A DNA stretch of 64,000 nucleotides from Eledone cirrhosa (Eukaryota). The notes under the pieces are model-generated. The model worked only from the letters and a program-made list of their open reading frames with translations, ran no database searches and had not been told where the DNA came from. Position numbers and translations under genes: made by a program. Shown one piece after another: positions 51,955 to 64,000 of the stretch. How positions within the stretch are numbered: position 1 is the stretch's first letter; every line of letters begins with the position of its first letter. The stretch spans positions 32,116,001 through 32,180,000 of the forward strand of contig OZ024743.1 in NCBI GenBank assembly GCA_964016885.1. The letters run 5' to 3'.

Positions 51955-52900
51955 CGAATATAATTTTTGAATTAAAATACAAACATTAAAGTTCTAAACT
52001 ACGTGACTAACATTTATATTATATATGGCATACAAATGACACACTCGCTTGTTTCGTGCATCTACAAGAAGGTATTGCAACATATTTTACATTACAAAAT
52101 ATCTTGAATTATGAACACATTCACGTCTACGGTGTATTATATGAGTTTAGGTTGACCTCAGCGACATTTGTACTCAGAACATAAAGAGCCATAACTGAAT
52201 ATTACAAGCTAAGTTGTCTGATGCTCTGACGATTCGGCCATTATAACACCCTGAAAGATAACTAAATACATTAAATACATTAGTTGATAACAAAAGTGTT
52301 TCATTTCGAACCCGGTCCATGAAGACAATATTAATTACAAAGCATAACAGAACAGCTAATGCACAAGTAATAGCACATCCTAGCAACACTCTAACACCCG
52401 ACACAGGGTCAAATTTTGTCTTAACTGTTAACTGAACTCTGACGTCCAGAAAGCATTAAACCGTATGAGAAACAAATATGAGAAACAAATATGAAACCAT
52501 TCGTATTCTCACCTACAATAAAAGAACAATGACAACAGATACTAACGTTATTTCATCCAGGTGATGAGACCAAGAAATTTTTAAACTGCCGATGGATTTA
52601 GAAAAAACTATTGTTGCAAACAAAACAAAAAGGACTAATAAAGAAATATATAATAGAGAATTGTAATGTATTGTTCTGTTTTCAATAATAAGTGTTTAAA
52701 AGAAAAGCCATTTTTCTACTCTTGTCAACATGAATATGAATACAAATGGTGTATGTGTTCGTTTGTATAAATAATCTTCTAACATAGTTGTATACAGTAT
52801 TTAGGGCATACAGTTCATATATATTAGTCATTTTTATACATACGCAACCACATACATATGTGCATATATATTAAATATGTGTATGTATATATATATTATA

Positions 52901-52958
<58 letters not shown>

Positions 52959-53340
52959 AATGTATGTATAGATGTGTGTGTGTGAAATTATCTCAATTAA
53001 CAATAGTAAACTTACAATGCAAATACACGTGAGACAGATATTTTTCATTTAATAATGATGTTTACGTTAATTCTCTCTTATTGTTATTTATATAGAACTG
53101 AAACCCGACACCTGGGTGTAATATCGTTTGTCTTAGAACATAAATGAAGCTAAAAGAACAGGTGATACTTGCGTGACTGACATCAAGATAATAGCCATTT
53201 ACTAATTTATACACTGAATTATATGCATTAAATTAGCATTTATATAATGATTTGCAAACCCTCTAGATTTTAGATTTATTAATATTTCTCATTTAAGTCT
53301 AGCTACCCAGGCACCAGCACAGAGAAAAAAGCCTCTATGT

Positions 53341-53658
53341 CAGTGGTTCACAAATCATGCGCCCCGGCGTACTAATGCACCGTGAAATGTAACTAGATGT
53401 GCTGCAACAGACTAAGATTAAGTTTTAAGATGTGACAAATACAAAATAAAATTCATATGAAGATTCATATATAGCTGTCAAAGTGGCGAACAAGCAAAGT
53501 TTAGAAACAAGATTTGATAAAAATAGCACACTCTTTCAACTCTGTTAATAAGTGTTAGGTGGTTTGTGCGTTTATCGTTCAAAGTGCACCCACATATTTT
53601 TACTTTTTCAAAAGTGTGCCGTGAGTAAAAAAAAAAAAAACACGTTACGAAACCTCTG
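53341..53658. mobile_element. Old hAT/Charlie-like MITE
   Basis: Ends CAGTGGTTCACAAA and (reverse complement) CAGAGGTTTCGTAA; degenerate 8-bp TSD CTCTATGT/TTCAATGT. Confidence 0.5.
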
Positions 53659-55866
53659 TTCAATGTCATCGCCCAAGCAGCTAGGAATATCAGCTATATT
53701 TTCTTCAAGCTAATACTCAAGCGTCTTATAAAATGACACAGTGGCTAATATTGTCCGGAGTACAGTATTCAAAATTTAAAAGCAAAAACGTGTGGTCATT
53801 ATTAGATTGTGGTTCGTTTATAGGTCTGCTGTCTATATCTATCAGTGCTGACCTTCGGTTAAACAGGATCAACATGAATCCACTTGCGCAATTTAATCCT
53901 ACAATCAATAATGACATAATACTGGCATTTTATTTGCCATTACTAACAACAACAAAAACAATAACACTACGGGCCAATTGGAAACCTCCACGTGATCACT
54001 TGATCTACTAGAAATAGAAAACAAATCTCGCACCTCAGATTGCATCTTGCCCTCATAAATAAAGAAAACATTTCATAATGAAGATTCTGTTATACAAAAA
54101 GACTGAATGATCATGGTTAGAACGTCTTTGACCATAGGCCTGTTAGATTAGGGCTAATTTGGGGCTAAGCAATAACATCATTAACTGCCAACGAGATAGC
54201 TTCTGCATGGTCATTCGGTCAGATCGAAATAACAGTCAAATCTCCCTCAAAGTACACCTAACTGCCTTTATTAAGAGAAGGAGAGATTGAATAATGTAGT
54301 CCTAGACATACATCTAAATAGATGAGATGTCCGTCAACAATAACAATAAAAACAACAAACAGCAATACCAATATTACAAATAGCTATGACAGCTACAACA
54401 AACACTACAACAAACAATGCAACCAATAGAAGCATAATGCGAATGTTATCACTCCATTACTACTCTGTCGTAACTACAACACCACAACTACCAATAATAC
54501 TACTATCAGCACTACAGCACCCTAGATACTAATATTCTCTATCACCATTACGACACCGATCTACTATGAACAGCATCATTTCGCCAGAAATATCACTGTC
54601 AATACTATCATATCTTCGCTCAGTAATGGTGATTACGTAGAAATTAAGAAAATAGGATAAATCGATCATACGATCGTTTGATCGACAAATAGAGGGAGAA
54701 ACAGAGAGACAGAGATAGAGAGAAAGAGTGAGAGAGAGACGGACAGACAGATAGACAGAGAGAGAGAAAGATAGGTGGGTAGGTAAGTTCAACCAAAGAA
54801 AGAAAGAAAGAAAGAAAGAAAGAAGAAAGAAAAAGAAAAGAAAAGAAGAAAAGATAAGAAAGAATGAAAGAAAGAGAGAGAGAAAGAATGACTGAAGAGA
54901 TGAAAGATAAACTGCAAAAGAGAAAAAGAAATTGAACGTGTGAGCAGTTGAATTCTTTGGGCTACTATTATGACAGACGTATTTACGGTGTGATCGATTT
55001 AAGATCAATCATATTACTATCACTAGACCCCCTAAACTTTTGTCATTGTGAAGTTGTCACCGGGCCAAAATACTGATAATCAATCATTTATACCTTATTG
55101 GCTCCCATATCTAAATTGTAGGGGCAGTTATCGTGACATCGCCAGATCAATTTGATTTCTCAAACTAGATGATTCACTTTTTAATTATTCATCCTTTTTT
55201 AGAATTTCTCTGGGGAATCACCAAAAAGAGATCTATATCTTTCCTCTAATGATTCTTTGAAATATGTCCTTAACTCATGAATCATTTTATTTTTCTTCAG
55301 CTACCATATAATCTTCTGGCGTCCCCTTAAGTATTTTCATACTGAGTAGTTTAACACTGCATCTCATTCATGACAAACAGCTAACGAGCTAATGAAGATA
55401 GAGAGAAAAAGAGAGAGAGAAAAAAGAAGGTGGGGGAGCAACTACGTTGGTAATGGCGAACTTATGATAAGTTCGTTCGTAGTGGCACGAACTTAGAAAA
55501 ATACCCCTGCAATATCATAAAAGGCAGGGTTAAATATTGCATGGTTTTTAATTCGAAAGGAATATTCAACTCGCTCGATATATATTTACGTAGAACTAGA
55601 GTACAAGGAAACCACCCAATAATTCGGTATTTTGTATACTTTGCCCGTTGCGACGATGTGACCGTATTAAATATTCTTCAAATCACAATTTACTGTCAAA
55701 AAAGAAAGGAGATATTTCATAATGTAGTCCTAGATGCAAGCATGACTGAGTGTTCGCTTCGCAATCGTGAAAATTCAGAGTTTAATCCTACTATGTGATA
55801 TCTTCGTCAAGTGTCGTTATAATAGATTCGGATCGACCCAATCCTTGTGAGTAGAACTGCGTAGAC

Positions 55867-56060
55867 CAGACTTACCAAACTCTAAAAACCCAAACGGGGA
55901 GTACCATGAATAAAAGTGCCCCAAAACGGGGGGAAAATGAGGCAAAATGGGGAGATTTTACATAATGAAAGCTCTACCCATTTTCACAAGAGAAGACATC
56001 TCTCGCCCACCCCAAAGTTGGTGGGATCTCCCCGTCGGACAGGGAGAGCTGACCGGTCTG
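55867..56060 (+). mobile_element. CAGACCTG-TIR MITE copy
   Basis: CAGACTTACCAAAC..GCTGACCGGTCTG, with the same body as 12601 and 57590. Confidence 0.75.
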
Positions 56061-57155
56061 ACAGACTAAAGCTATGTGGAAGTTTGTCGAGTGGATTGTA
56101 CTTGTAATTCAATTGTCAACTCTTGTCACATATTGTGTCACGTTGATTCAGCTTGAGAATTACGTAAGAGGTATACGTATGGAGTACTCAATCACACATT
56201 AATTGGTGGAACAACTTAATGCTGATCATCAAACCGAGGGAAGATCAACCATTATATCTAGAAAAAGATCTGATTATCCTTGCTGGCATATCATTGATCA
56301 TGGATCAGCTCGATCGTGACTGACTGGGGTTAAACAACAACAACGACAACAAGGATCGGTAAGCAAATGAGAAAAGATGTGAATTTTGTTGTAGTAGTTG
56401 GTAACATGACAAGCACTGTTGGACATCACGGTATCCTCTTTTAAATGTCCTTAGCTGTAATTTGACAGTAAATTAGCAAATGGTGATACACTCTAGTGTC
56501 TTCTCTTAGAGTTCACTCACTTAATGCATTACATAAGATTTTTTTTCTGTGAAGCAAATAACACATTTTTTCCATCCGTTTTTAAATGCTTCAGCACGAT
56601 CTAAGATCAATCATTATATTTTTTAATGTACAGATCCTAGTGAAAAACTATTTTCACTCATTAAATGACTTCCTGTAGAACAGACTAGTATAGTATATAT
56701 AGTATAATAGATTAGAATATAGAGTAGTATAGTGTAAAACGAGTGGAACATACGGCAATGTAGTATGATATATTTTACGTACAGTGTATGTTGTGGCCCC
56801 GAATTCCTTATTCTGTGTATCATCCAAAGTATGATATTTTTCCTGTTTTAATGGATGATGAGGTCCGATGATGAGTATTACAGTTGTTCGTTGAACGAAA
56901 CAACCTGTTCGTGAAATTAACGTGTTAGTGACTGAGCATTTCCCAGATACCTGTACCCTTAATATAATTCTCTGGGAGATTCAGCACGACACACTCTGTG
57001 CCAAGACTCACCAATTGAATTACAAGCATAATCCATCCAATGCGCTTTGAAACACTTACTGTCTACCCAATTTAACTCGCATGGTATGGGTTAACCCAAC
57101 GTTATGATAAATGACACATGCCTAAGATATTACGCAGTGGGATCGAAACCAGGAA

Positions 57156-57563
57156 ATAATAGTTTCTACTGTAGGCACAAGGCCAGTAATTTGAAGGGGA
57201 GAGGAAAGTCAATTAAATCGACCCCAGTGCATTACTGGTGCTTTATTTATCGAACCCGTAAGGATGAAAGCCAAAGATAACCTTGGAGGGATTTGAACTC
57301 AGAACGTAAAGGGCCGTAACTGTATGCCGCGAAACATGGTGTCCGACGCTCTACCGACCCTGAAATAATTGTTTCTACTTTTGGCACAAGGCCAGCAATT
57401 ACCCAGTACATTACTGGTACTTTATTTTATCGACCCTGTCAGGATGAAAGGCAAAGTTAACCTCGGCGGGATTTGAACTCAGATCATAAAGGGACGTAAC
57501 TCTATGCTGCAAAGCATGGTGTCCGACTCTCTACCGAAGCATGGTGTCCGACTCTCTACCGAC
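57156..57563 (-). mobile_element. Two tandem tRNA-SINE copies
   Basis: Two reverse-complement copies (57156-57358, 57365-57563) with a terminal duplication of about 25 bp. Confidence 0.85.
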
Positions 57564-57589
57564 CCTGAAATAAGAAGGATTGTGAATCA

Positions 57590-57767
57590 CAGACCTGCCA
57601 ACCTCTAAAAACCCAAACAGAGAGTACCATGAAAAGAAATGCCCCAAAACGGGGAGAAATGAGTCAAAATGGGGAGATTTACATAATGAATGCTATACCC
57701 ATTTTCACCCACCCCAAAGTGGATGAGAGATCTCCCCGCCGCCGGACGGGGAGAGCTGACAGGTCTG
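57590..57767 (+). mobile_element. CAGACCTG-TIR MITE copy
   Basis: CAGACCTGCCAAC..GCTGACAGGTCTG; flanks GTGAATCA/GTGAAGCG could be a decayed 8-bp TSD. Confidence 0.8.
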
Positions 57768-58629
57768 GTGAAGCGAACTCCTTAAACATTTGGCCATGCC
57801 AACATCCACACCCTCTTTTAGTAGTAGTTTCAATTGGTTTTCGATTCTTGACCTAACGACACTATGATCCTGTCAAGCAAGTTTATAATCTCCTACTGAC
57901 ATTAGAATCTGAATATTTACTCTATCAATAGTACACACGTAATTTTGGCTGGTGTTGTTGATGTTGTTGGTGGTGTTGTTGTTGTTGGCATTGTTGTTAG
58001 TAGTGGTGTTTTTGTTGTTATTGTTGTTGTTGTGCTTGTGGCGGGGGTGATAGTATTGAAGGTGTTGGTGATATTGTTATAGGTTGAGTGTGTCAGTAGC
58101 CCTGTTATCGGTGGTGTTGTTGTTCGTGGCGGTGGTGGTGGGAGGGGGCGTTGTCGTCGTGGTAATAAGAGTGGAGGTGGTGATTAGCATCAGGTCAGAT
58201 GTGATGAAACAGTTAAAGGTATACCAGCTATGACTATTCCAATTTCTATTTTAGACAGTAGCTTCAGTTCTTCGGTTAACTGTGCCTTTCATCCTTACGG
58301 GGTCGATAAAATAAAGTACCAGTAATGCACTGGGTAATTTGCTGGCCTTGTGCCAAAAGTAGAAATTAGTAGGCAAAACTATGTGGAAGATCGTCGAAAA
58401 CACTGTTCTTTTTTTAAGTGTTAACACCATTGCCTTATCATGGGATGCCTCTTGGCACATATTTAGAACTAGGTCTATAGTCAGTGGATAACTTCCACTT
58501 TACCCACCCCCCATCTTTACCACCAAGCACCCAAAAACTCTGCCCAAGCCAGAAAATAAACAGGAAAAAATGTTTCCCAGTGTACCAGTGTGTCCTTTTC
58601 TATGTATGTGTATATATATGTAGTTACTG

Positions 58630-58812
58630 ATTATGTTGATCTTTTCGGGTTATAGCTACTGCAGAGAGTGGGATGGACGCAGTGCACAGTATTTCCCCTC
58701 TTAGAAAAAAATCTTCACGCACAGGCATTGCACGATAGAATTAATTAATAATTATTAATAACGTTATATCGTTCAATGGCCATACTCGATAACGAGGGAG
58801 CAGCCATCATCA
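58630..58812 (+). mobile_element. 5'-truncated family 3 RTE-derived element
   Basis: CTTTTCGGGTTATAGCTACTG..GGCATTGCACGATAGAATTAATTAATAATT..CAATGGCCATACTCGATAACGAGGGAGCAGCC; same internal junction as 24838-25363. Confidence 0.8.
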
Positions 58813-58819
58813 TTTATAA

Positions 58820-59900
<1,081 letters not shown>

Positions 59901-59994
59901 AATATAACATCAAAACAAAACACACAGACACACACATGCACATACACACATACACAGATACACATACACATACACAAACACACACACATATATC

Positions 59995-60194
59995 NNNNNN
60001 NNNNNNNNNNNNNNNNNNNNNNNNNNNNNNNNNNNNNNNNNNNNNNNNNNNNNNNNNNNNNNNNNNNNNNNNNNNNNNNNNNNNNNNNNNNNNNNNNNNN
60101 NNNNNNNNNNNNNNNNNNNNNNNNNNNNNNNNNNNNNNNNNNNNNNNNNNNNNNNNNNNNNNNNNNNNNNNNNNNNNNNNNNNNNNNNNNNNNN
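59995..60194. other. Assembly gap (200 N)
   Basis: Run of n. Confidence 1.
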
Positions 60195-60440
60195 CGCCAC
60201 ACAAGTTACCATCCACCCTCTTTTTTTCTCGTTAGAATTCTCTCCCTAACATATATAGAGTTTAAACATAAATTAATTAATTGAGATTTTTCAGAGTTCC
60301 CTATCCTTAGCTTTTGAACACTCGCAGACGATCAAGAATCTCCCCGGAAGTAACTTCCTTACAATATTCCAGACTGAAAGAGTAGGCATTAAAACCAATG
60401 AAACTCGTGTATCTGCATAAGGCCACTGTTTTGTCCTAAT

Positions 60441-60478
<38 letters not shown>

Positions 60479-60494
60479 CATATATATATATATC

Positions 60495-60576
<82 letters not shown>

Positions 60577-60834
60577 TGTGTGTGTGTGTGTGCGTGTTTG
60601 GCGGAAAGAGCATAGTCATGCGATTTTACTAGAGATACAAAATTCGGTTTATCCAGTTTAACATTTAAATATACTATATTTGACGTCGAGAAGCTGTCAG
60701 TTCATCTTAGTGTAATGCTCTAAGTGGTTCGATTTCTGAAGATGGTTCTGTCAACTTTTTCTATCATATTTTCGCGTATATAAATGTTACATTTAAATTT
60801 CAGTTTATCATTGAAAAATGTTCCCCGTGTATAT

Positions 60835-60927
<93 letters not shown>

Positions 60928-61209
60928 AACAAAGAAAGAGTGGTGACTTCTGCTATACCATTTACGTGGTTTTGTCTTTGCGCGTAATTGTTTTTCACCG
61001 CTCCTATTAATGACGTATTATTCGTTTTTTCCCGTTCTTTGCCAGCGAACGTTACCACGAACCAAAGCATCGTCTTCCTGTCTTCCTCCGGTTGCAACGT
61101 TTTTTGAAATATCCAGTTCTGCGTTTACAGATTGACTTTGTTAGTTTCAGAAGATCCCGTTAAGGGTGAAAGCAGCGATTCTTTGCTTAAACTTTAGTCT
61201 GTTATTTTA

Positions 61210-61246
<37 letters not shown>

Positions 61247-61368
61247 AATATAGACATAGAATATTCGAAAATATTCTGTATGTTTATAATAAACATTTTG
61301 AAGACCTAATCGCTATAGAATAGAATACGTCACGTATTACAATTAGATTCTCGATAAAAGCAAGGGAA

Positions 61369-61411
61369 GTAATCTACGCGTTTCATTCTCGTTAGAAATC
61401 ATCAGGACTAC
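61369..61411 (-). ncRNA. Hammerhead ribozyme (array copy)
   Basis: Reverse complement of GTAGTC-CTGATGA-TTTCTAACGAGAAT-GAA-ACGCGT-A-GATTAC. Confidence 0.85.
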
Positions 61412-61678
61412 ATATCCAGTGCTTTTATCGAGAATGACACAGCTAGAGACTTATAGAATACTTAGCTGTGTACAGGAACTGGTTTGAAAGAGCGGTTGCC
61501 GGTCCGGCAGAAATTAGAAATTGGAATAAATGCTCTGAGATAGCGATATATATGTGAATATAGACATAGAATATTCGAAAATATTCTGTATGTTTATAAT
61601 AAACATTTTGAAGACCTAATCGCTATAGAATAGAATACGTCACGTATTACAATTAGATTCTCGATAAAAGCAAGGGAA

Positions 61679-61721
61679 GTAATCTACGCGTTTCATTCTC
61701 GTTAGAAATCATCAGGACTAC
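61679..61721 (-). ncRNA. Hammerhead ribozyme (array copy)
   Basis: Identical to 61369-61411. Confidence 0.85.
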
Positions 61722-62016
61722 ATATCCAGTGCTTTTATCGAGAATGACACAGCTAGAGACTTATAGAATACTTAGCTGTGTACAGGAACTGGTTTGAAAG
61801 AGCGGTTGCCGGTCCGGCAGAAATTAGAAATTGGAATAAATGCTCTGAGATAGCGATATATATGTGAATATAGACATAGAATCGCTATCTCAGAGCATTT
61901 ATTCCAATTTCTAATTTCTGCCGGACCGGCAACCGCTCTTTCAAACCAGTTCCTGTACACAGCTAAGTATTCTATAAGTCTCTAGCTGTGTCATTCTCGA
62001 TAAAAGCACTGGATAT

Positions 62017-62059
62017 GTAGTCCTGATGATTTCTAACGAGAATGAAACGCGTAGATTAC
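62017..62059 (+). ncRNA. Hammerhead ribozyme (array copy), predicted cleavage after A62053
   Basis: Stem I GTAGTC/GATTAC, core CTGATGA and GAAA, stem II TTCT/AGAA, palindromic stem III ACGCGT, GUA cleavage triplet. Confidence 0.85.
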
Positions 62060-62326
62060 TTCCCTTGCTTTTATCGAGAATCTAATTGTAATACGTGACG
62101 TATTCTATTCTATAGCGATTAGGTCTTCAAAATGTTTATTATAAACATACAGAATATTTTCGAATATTCTATGTCTATATTCACATATATATCGCTATCT
62201 CAGAGCATTTATTCCAATTTCTAATTTCTGCCGGACCGGCAACCGCTCTTTCAAACCAGTTCCTGTACACAGCTAAGTATTCTATAAGTCTCTAGCTGTG
62301 TCATTCTCGATAAAAGCACTGGATAT

Positions 62327-62369
62327 GTAGTCCTGATGATTTCTAACGAGAATGAAACGCGTAGATTAC
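62327..62369 (+). ncRNA. Hammerhead ribozyme (array copy)
   Basis: Identical to 62017-62059. Confidence 0.85.
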
Positions 62370-62636
62370 TTCCCTTGCTTTTATCGAGAATCTAATTGTA
62401 ATACGTGACGTATTCTATTCTATAGCGATTAGGTCTTCAAAATGTTTATTATAAGCATACAGAATATTTTCGAATATTCTATGTCTATATTCACATATAT
62501 ATCGCTATCTCAGAGCATTTATTCCAATTTCTAATTTCTGCCGGACCGGCAACCGCTCTTTCAAACCAGTTCCTGTACACAGCTAAGTATTCTATAAGTC
62601 TCTAGCTGTGTCATTCTCGATAAAAGCACTGGATAT

Positions 62637-62679
62637 GTAGTCCTGATGATTTCTAACGAGAATGAAACGCGTAGATTAC
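62637..62679 (+). ncRNA. Hammerhead ribozyme (array copy)
   Basis: Identical to 62017-62059. Confidence 0.85.
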
Positions 62680-62832
62680 TTCCCTTGCTTTTATCGAGAA
62701 TCTAATTGTAATACGTGACGTATTCTATTCTATAGCGATTAGGTCTTCAAAATGTTTATTATAAACATACAGAATATTTTCGAATATTCTATGTCTATAT
62801 TCACATATATATCGCTATCTCAGAGCATTTAT

Positions 62833-63383
<551 letters not shown>

Positions 63384-63769
63384 TATACAAAATCACTGAA
63401 GTGTAGATCCAAGTGAAGTACTCTAAAGAACACTTCACAAGCATCTTTCCCTGGAGATATATTCACAATCAAGCTGCCTAAAATTAGGAAGCCTGGAGAG
63501 TGTTTTTTGGTGCCTTTCCTGAATAGAAAGCTAATCATAGATATGATAAAGTTAAATGGATACACATTGTTGTCAGTGATCATTTAACTTTATCATAGCT
63601 ATGATTAGCGTTCTATTGAGAACAGACACCACAGTTTGAGGTCCACTATCACATTATCTTATTTCATTTGTTTTATTTCATTATTCTGTCTGTGCTGTTT
63701 GTTTTATCACAAACGCATCATACAAGCGGAAAGATTTATTTTTCTGTTGCACGATCCAGCATTTTAATA

Positions 63770-64000
63770 TAGTACTCTCAAGTGGGAGCCCATTTTGCCG
63801 GTTTGAGAGGGTGAAGACGTGTGTGTGTGAACTTGTATTGTATAACGCATTTCTTTATTCCCTTTGCCACTCACATCCCCTTCTTCTCCTCCTCTTTCGG
63901 TTTTTTTCTGTTTCATCTGCTTGTCACCTACTTCGTGGATTGTCTCTCTGCTGGCCTCTGTCCTCTGGGACAATTTTGCCCATCGCTAGCGTTGACAGCA
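63770..64000 (-). pseudogene. Possible degenerate RTE C-terminal relic
   Basis: R*RWAKLSQRTEASRETIHEVGDKQMKQKK..SQTGKMGSHLR resembles DRNKWRKTV..SKAGLESHLR of the intact ORF. Confidence 0.3.

Larger units (their letters stand above)
61243..62838. mobile_element. 310-bp tandem array with internal inversion; each unit has a hammerhead ribozyme (retrozyme/PLE pseudo-LTR type)
   Basis: Units start at 61243, 61553 and 61863 (partial), then in the opposite orientation at 61881, 62191, 62501 and 62811 (partial). I see one substitution (62455). (TA)n on both flanks. Confidence 0.9.

Noticed and set aside
61243-62838. CRISPR-like or simple satellite interpretation
   Set aside because: No variable spacers and a eukaryotic context; whole units are identical and contain a ribozyme.
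63869-64000. Host exon ending at a GTGAGT donor (minus strand)
   Set aside because: Stops occur in all frames nearby, and the peptide looks more like a decayed RTE C-terminus.

Overview
AT-rich, repeat-saturated eukaryotic DNA. The microsatellites, tRNA-derived and CORE SINEs, RTE and R4/Dong LINEs are most consistent with a coleoid cephalopod such as Octopus (inference). No host protein-coding gene is recognisable, and almost all listed ORFs are microsatellite read-through. Real coding content is transposon-derived: one intact 1181-aa RTE/BovB-type LINE ORF (APE endonuclease, RT, three C2H2 fingers; 39278-42823 minus), a 5'-inverted RTE-group fragment (30879-32143), two disrupted R4/Dong-type RLE elements (44363-45175, 45739-49027), a mariner relic and Penelope-like (PLE) relics. 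The most notable feature is a near-identical 310-bp tandem array with a head-to-head inversion, inserted in (TA)n (61243-62838). Each unit carries a minimal type I hammerhead ribozyme (CUGAUGA...GAA-ACGCGU-A, palindromic stem III) within a heavily base-paired monomer, i.e. a candidate retrozyme/circRNA element. Several other, sequence-unrelated minimal hammerheads occur in the window, one with a long stem II insert and its own upstream antisense copy. A head-to-tail train of bipartite non-autonomous RTE elements lies in (CATA)n tracts at 23.7-26.5 kb, and one family matches both UTRs of the intact RTE. All alignments and folds were done by eye; coordinates of degenerate repeats are approximate.
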